From assembly GCA_965235115.1 (NCBI GenBank), contig OZ249436.1, positions 6,884,001 through 6,944,000 on the forward strand: a stretch of DNA of 60,000 nt, given 5' to 3'. The notes beneath the pieces are model-generated. The model saw nothing but the letters and a program-made list of their open reading frames with translations. It made no database searches and was not told the origin of the DNA. Origin of the DNA: Laetmonice hystrix. Taxonomy: Eukaryota. The translations under genes were made by a program, and so were the position numbers. Of this stretch, positions 50,598 through 60,000 are shown in pieces. Positions within the stretch are counted from its first letter, which is position 1; every line of letters begins with the position of its first letter.

Positions 50598-52233
50598 ACA
50601 AAGGGCATGAGAGAGTAGTCTATAGACACGTGCGTGTATTATGAGAATCTTGTTTTATGAAAGTAATTAAAGAGAAATAATGTTCTTTTTTGTTTATGTT
50701 CCCTTTTAGTCTACAGGAGAGTTGTTTTAAGAAGTTCATTAAAGTAGCCTTCACCGATTATCTATAATCATGCACTCAAAGCCTTCGATAATCCTGACAA
50801 CTCTGCACATCATGAACACTGGCCTCCATGTAAACACGGCTTCAAGCAGTGCCATACAGACACGCTATACCATTACAGTAGATCAAAGCAACATTAGTCT
50901 TTTTTTCAACGAACATCACTGGCCAGACGTGATGCCACCCGTGCCTGAATAATGTTGCTCGAGGTTTGAAGTTGCGTGACTTGAACTTCTCATCAAGGGT
51001 GGGCCCAAACTCTGGCTCAGGCACAACTCTGGGTATAGATAGCGAGGTAGACAGTATATGACTGGCATATTATAAACTAGTCCTGTTTGACTCTTACCAT
51101 AACCATTCACATGAATAGAATCTACCGGCAACATTTTTTTCTTGAATTTCAAAGTATGTTGCTCCTTAGACTTTTCAACCCTAGAATGTTAATAATTTGA
51201 ATTGTCAGACATTCGCTCTTAGTCAATAAGGCATATCTACCAGTGGTAGTCGCAAGCAAGGGGATGGTGGAAGCAAGGGTTGTACTCAAAGTATACACTT
51301 TGATCTTAGATACGATACATATGGGAATTTTACAATTTTATTACGGACAAATATGTTTTGACGGGCACTGGGAACATTTTACAATTATTCTAGGAACAAA
51401 TATGTTTTGATGTAGTATTTCGAGAGTGTTTATCTGTAAAAGTTCTTGTTTTCACCTTGAAATATTTATCAGCGGTCAGATCTTTACTACACAGCATGAC
51501 GACGGAAATGGCATGTGGGATCTTGATTCCATCTTATGCTAATTGGTTTCACTGTGCCGAGACCACATTTAATCCAAGTCTGGGTGCTCACGCCGATAGG
51601 GAAGTCCCCAGACCTCTGTCATTATCAAGTGTGGGGTCGGTTTGCGCGGAGACACCCCCCGTGGCCGGTGTGGGACGTAGACCGCCGTCCGGTCTGCTCC
51701 CTCCCCGACACTCCGACACACATCCCAGACCCCCGGCACCCGGCCGTCCGACCCCCGGCCGTCGGGACCACACGACGGGCCGCCGCTCTACGTCCGCCTG
51801 GTCAAGTGGCCACTCGAACCCCATGTAGGGTTCTCATAGTGACCACTAGTCGGGACAAGTTTCACACGTCTTCAGGGGGGCTGTGTTCATCTGGAGAAAC
51901 TCTCCATGCCTTCCACCAATCACGGAGATATAGCCTCTGAATTAATGAACTTACTGAATCATGAACATGTGGAAACTCTTAGCAGACAAGATTAAGGTTA
52001 ATACCTGCCTTGCTATATCTTCAATAAACAATTCGGTCACTGCAGGAATATTTTTCTACAGGAATAAATAGTCGCCACTATATCTGCAGTAACTTAACTA
52101 TTCATGATCCAGTGGCACCATGTGGATGCTGGCACTAGTCTACACAGCAAAATAATTCAAACTGATTTGGTAAAGATCAATACGATTAATTATATCACGT
52201 TGGCATCTAAAATCCAGTCAACCCTACACCTTA

Positions 52234-52766
52234 AGCAAAGGTGTCGTTCTACATCATGTCATCACGGAATTAGCAAAGGTGTCGTTCTACATCATGTCAT
52301 CAGGGAATTAGCAAAGGTATCGTTCTACATCATGTCATCACAGAATTAGCAAAGGTATCGTTCTACATCATGTCATCACGGAATTAGCAAAGGTATCGTT
52401 CTACATCATGTCATCACAGAATTAGCAAAGGTATCGTTCTACATCATGTCATCACGGAATTAGCAAAGGTATCGTTCTACATCATGTCATCACGGAATTA
52501 GCAAAGGTGTCGTTCTACATCATGTCATCACGGAATTAGCAAAGGTATCGTCCTACATCATGTCATCACAGAATTAGCAAAGGTATCGTTCTCCACCATG
52601 TCATCACGGAATTAGCAAAGGTATCGTCCTACATCATGTCATCACAGAATTAGAAAAGGTATCGTTCTACATCATGTCATCACGGAATTAGTAAAGGTAT
52701 CGTTTAAATCATGCCATCGCGGAATTAGCAAAGGTGTCGTTCTACATCATGTCATCACGGAATTAG
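52234..52766. repeat. 38-bp minisatellite, 14 units
   Basis: Unit TAGCAAAGGT(A/G)TCGTTCTACATCATGTCATCAC(G/A)GAAT. Confidence 0.97.
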
Positions 52767-53345
52767 TTTTAATTATGTAATATACTGTGAGTTTAGAGAG
52801 GAAAGGGGCAAAGAGAAGATTAGATAAAAACAAATGACGATTTAGTGGGGGCGGAACATTACGAGTAGAGCCTTATAGTATATGCTTTATATTTTATATA
52901 AGATTATATACATTGTAAATATAAATGTTTATGTACACTAACTTCAGGTGACCCAATGATCCTCACCGCTTGGACTGATACGTACTGCCACACCGTGAGC
53001 CACGGCCGACTCGACCAATAATACATAATTCATTCCTGACCAGGAAAAAAAACCCACTGATGTTCCTGTTGTTTGTTTGGGACGTCACCATGAGTGGTGT
53101 CAAGAGTAGCCACAAAAACTCCATGTGGCTGACACATGGCCTTGGCCCATGGTGTCAGGCCGCACCAGTAGCACTGGGCCTTAACATTGTGTCTGTCCCC
53201 GGCCTATTGTCGTCGGAAACCAATGCCAACAGTTTATTCACAAATAGCGGGGTGAAACACATTCAGAATACTGCAATATCAAAAAATGTTGAGATCCCTT
53301 GGAGAGGAAAAGTCATACTTTATCTTTTCTTTATTTCTGATAAAT

Positions 53346-53593
53346 TCCAGACTTATATTACAAGGGGGGTGGCCACGTCCGGACCCCCCCCCCCCCCCCC
53401 TCAAATTTCCCCAAGTGCCCTTTTTACAACCAATATTACCTTATTTTTACAATCAAAAGTGCCCTTTTTTACAACTTTATACCAGAGTTATAGATCTATC
53501 CCCCTAATATAGCTCCATTTGCTCTTTTTATGCTGGACCCCCCCCCACACACACACACACACACACTGAATATAGATCCTAGACCCGCCCCTG
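53346..53593. mobile_element. Left-truncated hAT-like MITE related in end structure to 47252-47528, containing a short (CA)n
   Basis: The right end ATCCTAGACCCGCCCCTG resembles ATCCTGGATCCGCCACTG. The left part has only TCCAG..GGGGGG and poly-C runs. No TSD found. Confidence 0.5.
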
Positions 53594-56530
53594 ATCAAGC
53601 AGCAGGGTAAATAACCTCCTATTTCTCGGATAGTATTTTTTTTTAACCAGAGCAAGAATAATATTGTCCGAGTTGTTGCCTGAACTGGGTGACCCCGTGT
53701 ACATAGCCATATTATTTGTAGAGGAGTAGTTGATGAGATGCTCCCCGGATTTCAGTGCAGACCACATCAGAGAATGGCCGCTGGGGATCCTGGGAAATGA
53801 TTGGTGGCTACCACGAGGTGTCAGAGGTGTCTGTGGGGTCAAAGGTCACACTGGTATCCGCTGGTACTGAGAGCCTGTGAGGCACAATCTTCACTGACTG
53901 TCGCCTTTGAGCATGTCTGCGTCAAGTTATGTCATGAAGACACTGCTCCAGGCTAAGGTCATCTGGACTTCATCTACATACCTGCTTCCTCACGTTTTTA
54001 TTTGTAACCTACAGAAACATCCAAAAGATCTGCTCCGGTGTGAAGAGCGCACGCTGTGGGACATTGGGTCAAAGTGACAGATTTCCCCGACTTCCTGTAA
54101 CTGCAAAAAAATCATCTTGTTTGCAGTGTTCATATTATGAAGTTTGGCTTCCTATACCATTGACATCTTTAGACTCATATATGTATTTTGTCCGTACCCA
54201 CACCTCCGTAACTCTGGTATAAAGTTCATTCAGGGAATTAACTTTTGGATAGGTTTACATAACCACTGCCAAAATTGATAATTTGGCTTCAATTACAGCA
54301 TCAGTTCACACCATATCGTGCGGGTATAACTAAAACTGAAAACACATGTATTTATAATTCCTTACTTGAACTAATTTCTATGCAGATGTTACCTGTTATA
54401 ACCCTTCCTCACCTGAATCATATCACTGTATCTGGACGGAGGGACGTCTACCCTGGACACGGATCGAGGACCTCCACTGCTTGTCTTACAGTTTATACGG
54501 TCGGTGAAATCCTATCAGCCTTTATAAATCCCAATTCACAAAGTCTGTGAGTATTTACCAGGTATAAATATACAGGAGACAGTCAATACCATGTGTGACT
54601 TGTTGGAGGCATCTACTAGTTCTGGGTCTTTAGGACGGTAACTGCACAGCATTAGGCCCCTACTTTAATTTCTATTTCTAACTTCTAAACGCACTGAAAT
54701 CTGTGATTACTTATAAGTAAAGATGTTATATGAATGGCGACTTTCAATGGAGGAATGAAAGGTCTGCCCATATAACAGGAATCTCTGACGACCAATGGAA
54801 GCCAAACATTCCTGTGCCTCTTTAGGAGGCGTTTACCATTGGTATTGAAGGTAACGTTCCTGATATCTTTAACAAATATTTGCATAACCTTTTGGAAGGC
54901 GAGAGGAGGGGCCGTGCAGTGAAGGAGGTAGGACCTATCATCCCTTTAACAAATGCCATTCGACCTTTACTCTGCTGTAGAAACCCAACTCTTGACCTTG
55001 GTAATTTCTGCCCCTGGATGGTGGTCGGATGGGGTACGAGGCCCTCCGGGGTGAGTTCTTGACCCCCCTGCATGGCCTTTTCTCCTGTTTCACTTTTCTC
55101 AGTTGGAGATGCGCCATCTTGTCTCCACTAATAGCCCCAGTCATGTGTAGACGTCTCAAACCTATACTTTATCATTGGCAACCAGTCAAACAACTCTCGT
55201 ACACACGGTCATTCTTTTCTCTGCCAGACCAGCCAGAGAGCAGAAAAAACATTTCAAGCCTTTTTAAAATCTTTTTCATAATTCAAAAATTGTAGACGCT
55301 AAAATAGTAACAAGCTACTCGCGACTGTTCTCCACAACACACACCAACACGGTCGCGTTTGCGTGTCGGCCTCTCACTTTGCAGTAATTGCCTGAAATTT
55401 CGGAGGTGATTTTCCTTGAAGAATGACCATCACGCAGTGGTCAGACTGTTGTCATCCACATGGCTGACCCCCAAGGGAAGTGGTCAGTGTGGTCAGTGGG
55501 CACCACCTGGGAACATCTTGACCACTGGGTTGCCTGAGGCAAGCAGAACTACAGCACATCTGTATTCTGAGGTAGTATTGCGGTAAATGTTGGCCACTCG
55601 CAGCAAACCGCTCTGTGAACCTCATTCATACAAATAGTTGCCTGCTATGTTCTCATGTATCAGCTTACAGTCATGTATAGACATACATTCCAGTCCTGAC
55701 ATAGTTTAGGACCTCCTCAATGGAGAACTACATACAGGCAGATTACTTCAACCATTAAAACACACACAGATTAATCAAAATGATACCTCAAATCGAATAA
55801 ATGATAGGTTTTCTTTACCGTATGTTCTGTAGTGTAGTTTCTCGAAATACTGACGTCACCGAGCAACTGCACATGTAGGTCCTCAATGTTCAGGCATTTC
55901 TAAAGCAAAGAAGAATTCGGATATAAATCCATAATGTTAATTAATTCATTTTTAAATGTCCTTTCATGCCACAAATCAAAGCAACAAAATATACTGCATG
56001 GAAACACTAGAAAAAAAGACTTCAACAGGTTAAAAAATCCACACAAAAATTATGAATGCACATAAGTTGACATAGATGCCAATGAATTCCATATTGTGAT
56101 GTCATACGGGCTGCCGGTGCCATTATTATGACACCATCGCTCAGCTACAATATGACGACAGACATGCTACAACATGGTATGAGGCCATTAATCATTAATC
56201 TCATGCTACCTCTGTATACATAGTCAAAATATGTCCCGACACACTCTGCCTGATGTCTCAATGATTTGAACAAATACAGATTTTTTTTTTTTTCTCTTTC
56301 ATGCATCAGGGGACTCTACCTTCGAACCCGGCATAACTAAAACCCTAACGGATCAGATTGTAGACTATACAAAGCCTAATTCTTTAGTGTGAAAACTTTG
56401 AAAGTATATCAAGTTTTACCTTGAACATTATTATCAACATTTGAATTCACATAATTTTAGGGTTTAAAGATACCATCAGGAGAAACATACACATTTATGT
56501 TATGATTCTCCAAGGAAACTCTGATAAAAA

Positions 56531-56653
56531 GTGAGTGAGTGAGTGAGTGAGTGAGTGAGTGAGTGAGTGAGTGAGTGAGTGAGTGAGTGAGTGAGTGAGT
56601 GAGTGAGTGAGTGAGTAGTTGGTGTTTAACGCCCAGTCAGCAGTATTGCAGCC
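56531..56653 (-). mobile_element. 5'-truncated SINE 3' end with an expanded (ACTC)n tail, about 21 units
   Basis: (GTGA)n-GTAGTTGGTGTTTAACGCCCAGTCAGCAGTATTGCAGC matches 9453-9496. It is flanked by an imperfect 12-bp direct repeat, CTCTGATAAAAA (56519-56530) and CTCTGACAAAGA (56654-56665). Confidence 0.85.
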
Positions 56654-57488
56654 CTCTGACAAAGAAAAAGTACCGTACCGTAGTAAATGAATATCTACAA
56701 AAATGGAATATTCCCACATCCAGTGATTGGAGATGAGAAACTAACACACATGAACATAAACCATTCTCTCTCTGTTTTGTAGCCACAATTTATCGCAGTG
56801 AACCTTCAGTGTTGACAACTTCAATTGTCGGTATCCGGCCCGTGGCCCGCGGGCGAGACACCGCTATGGTCGCTACACAATTAATGATCACCCACTCCGT
56901 CACATGACCTCAGCAAATGTATACCTATCATTCTAAACAAATCTGTTTACATTAGAAAAACCAACGAGCAACGACGGTTTGAACTATATGTATATAATGG
57001 GTATATCTACGAGACAAGTAACAAAGAAAAAAATTGTATCATAAATAGTTCATGAACATACCACGTGTTTTTGTAACTCCATTGTAAAAACTCTTGTATT
57101 TACATTACAATGACTTTAATCACTTTTGCAGATATAAAAAGACAGATACGAATTCAGAGATTTGAATGTTTATTGTACATAGATCTAATAACACAGGATC
57201 ACAAATTCACGATTCCTGCAGTAACATTTAGTGTCCTCCTATTTCAAGCAAAATCCTAACTCCTCAAGTTGAAGTAGGCCTATGTTTTGGACTCTTCGTA
57301 TAGGCTAGGCCTATATGTTCCCCGGTACACTCTGAGGGCACGTTCTTAGTGTATCTCCCCAATTAATCTGTCGGGGAGGTGATCCAGGTGGCGGAGGTTG
57401 GGTGTGGTGATATTTTGGTAACACGTCTCCACTGACTCAGGTAGTGCAGGAACACCGCCGTCCGTGAGCTGGCTGTGACTGTCGTGAT

Positions 57489-57538
57489 CGTCACCGTCAT
57501 CACTCACGTCACAACACGTACGTCACGACCAACGTCAC
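57489..57538. promoter_or_regulatory. Cluster of five CGTCA (half-CRE/ATF-like) motifs
   Basis: CGTCA at 57489, 57495, 57507, 57521 and 57533 in a CpG-rich unique segment. Confidence 0.3.
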
Positions 57539-57765
57539 AAACCGGACACGTTCCCGCATTCAACTATGACATCATCAAACACGTCGCCTTCAAATGTTTA
57601 ATTACACTTCCGCTAGAAATGCGACAAGCTGGGCAGATATCACATTGATAACTCAGATAGATGCGAGAGCACTGACATTGTGAAAGAAAAACCAGTAGAG
57701 ACAAAGTTTAATATTAGGAATCAGATGAAATGGAAACATTGGCGTTGACAAATCTATTCTGTAGT

Positions 57766-57795
57766 CATAGAACTAGACTGTTGTCTAGTTCTATG
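57766..57795. mobile_element. 30-bp palindromic insert in a 7-bp TSD: P-superfamily excision footprint or minimal MITE
   Basis: CTGTAGT|CATAGAACTAGAC-TGTT-GTCTAGTTCTATG|CTGTAGT. It has a perfect 13-bp inverted repeat, CA..TG ends and an exact 7-bp flanking duplication. Confidence 0.7.
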
Positions 57796-60000
57796 CTGTA
57801 GTGTAGACCTAGCTGGCAGAAATCCAAACTTGAATGTAGATATTTGAGATTGATGCTATCAGGCTCTCGCGGAAGTTTTCAGCAGTATCCGGTGATTCAA
57901 GCGCCGTTTTGCCACGTACAGAGTACTAATTTACACGTGGTCGGTTTTTTGTCCCACTCGCCACAAAGGATGTTAAATCACACAGGTGTCAACGCCTGGT
58001 TTTCGCCTCTGCTTATTAAATAAACCAAGCACTACTTGTGGTTGAGCCTGTGTTCCCTGATTACCACCAATACCTGCTATTTACAGAGCCAGACCAAGAG
58101 GGAATCCACCTCAAATTGAGAGTCACCAAACGGCAAAGAAAGACACTCATTAAATTACCTCAACAAATGTCACATTCCCAGCCTTATGCATTTTAAAACT
58201 GCTTGTAAATACTAATTAACTTAAAGTGATTGCCTCCTTCCCTTCTTACAATACAAGAGCTTGTGTGTTTGAGTGTGTGCGCAGTTTTTTCTCACAGCGC
58301 CTTCTGAGAATTGATAAAAGCAGCGAGGAAAACTGCCACACTGACTGCATGGGAAGTTTCTTGAATTGTAAGAGTCGACACCTTCGTCCCAGTGAGAGTG
58401 TGCTCTTGCAATTTCTTCGATTTGTGGTGGCGAAAAACTAAATGCCTGTAATTACGTCCGTGGTTTGGTTGCTTCTTTAATGGCCTACAATAGCTGTACT
58501 TGAAATCTCTCCAGACTACAAGGTTCCTCTCATTCCAACAACACCGAAAGAAAGATGGTTCTTCTACCCAACCGGAGAAAACCGAATCTTTTTCATTAAA
58601 TTAGTTCAAATTCAATGTCATTTATAATTTGGTGAAGGGTATTTCCTGTTTATTTGTAGAATAGCAGCAAACAATTAAAATGTTGTATAATTAATTTTAA
58701 AGGAGAAAACTCACATATTAGATCATAGGTGTCATATAAAACGCCCGCCGTTCGAAAAGAAAAAATGACGGGTTTGTCTATATGACTGTCAAAGTCTCGC
58801 AAAGTTCTCTCAAGACGTGCTGGTCTGCAGCCGCAGACTGAAGATGCCATTCAGTTCAGCTAGAGAAATAGCTATGTATTATGGTATCAATTACCTGCTT
58901 AGCCTTATATTAGCCTCTATTAACCTATTCAAGGCACGCTATTGCATAGAAATAGGTTTCTCTTAAGTCAGGAAATAAGGCAGAAATAATCAATGTTTAT
59001 AAACGAACGCTAGGCGTGAAAATCATGGTTTCCATATCGCCTCAGCTCCATGTGTTTTTCTCCGAGTCTTTGAAGTCCCACAGCCTTCACTCCCAGGCTT
59101 ATCCTACCGTGCACGTGGTACTACTTATTTGCTTAATTTGGACTCGTAAGTGTTGTCATTTACTGCACAATTGGTCCTGCCATTCTGCCCCTACTCTATG
59201 GTTTCATTCTCTGTGTTTTAGTACAATTTTGGTTCAGTGACCAGGATTTCGTTTGCGCACCGAGCAAGCAATTCGACGCACCAACTTTGTGTCGACGATA
59301 ACCTCGACGCACTGATTCTTAGCAAAATGTCGCAGCATGAATCACAAACAATTATTACCGGGATGGCTTCCTTCCAAGTTTAATCACATTCTATTAATAA
59401 TGCTTATCGACGCTTTTGTATTTTTTTCAAAGAAATCTATCGCGTTCATGAATATGATACATAAAACACCTCAGAGTATGGCTTTAATTTCCTTCGTGTT
59501 TGGAAAAACAGTAGTCAAGTAGTCGTCCAGGTCAAGATAATAGTACAATTTACAGTTTCATAATATGAAACAAGATGAGACAGAAACAAATGGTTCGCTT
59601 CCTCGTCCTGTGAATTCAAGGAACAAATAAATATGTATTCATGATACTCTCCTTCTCAAACATTTCTTTTTTATGAAAACTAAAAAGTGGTTTTTATATG
59701 AGGAACTCATGGGAAACACTGTCATGAGGGATTTGGATTATTTTACAGATGCTGAGAGATGACATGGCCAATACGAGTAAACAGTTCGGAAGCGATTTAT
59801 CTCTCCCCATTACAACAAGGACCAAACTTCATTAAGAATAATAATGAACTGAAGATCCCAGTTACCGAGAGGACGAAAAGTTCCGACCGCCAGAGTCGCA
59901 ATCAGTGATCGCTTTCTGTGTATTCGGCCGAACTTTGCGGAAATGTCAACGAGACGCCTAGCAACGGCCTTGAATAACAATATGGACTGTGGGCAGGGGT

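Noticed and set aside
55568..55624. let-7-like start TGAGGTAGTA in a weak hairpin
   Set aside because: Only the first 10 nt match let-7, and the stem has large internal loops unlike a pre-miRNA.
59849..59890. Hammerhead-like CTGAAGA-TCC...GGAC-GAAA
   Set aside because: It lacks the stem II closing G, has no stem III palindrome and no stem I complementarity.

Overview
Non-coding animal nuclear DNA, probably a lophotrochozoan such as a mollusc; the taxon is inferred from the style of the SINE and MITEs and is not verified. There is no prokaryotic gene architecture and no convincing protein-coding gene. All long ORFs in the track are read-through artefacts of tandem repeats. About 17 unrelated minisatellite arrays (units 25-111 bp) cover roughly 29% of the window by hand sum, alongside several 2-copy tandem duplications of 35-100 bp. 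Mobile elements are a full-length tRNA-derived SINE inserted into a minisatellite, a 5'-truncated copy of that SINE with an expanded (ACTC)n tail, a Kolobok-like TTAA MITE, a hAT-like MITE with a 5-bp TSD, and a putative inverted-repeat element carrying a 51-bp array. There is also a 30-bp palindrome in a 7-bp TSD that fits a P-element excision footprint. Clusters of TF-like motifs and one weak candidate first coding exon (minus strand, near 40.35 kb) suggest a large intron or regulatory intergenic region. I found no well-supported new multi-gene system. The best leads are the P-like footprint, the TE-borne satellite with a single-unit relative, and the series of array ages.
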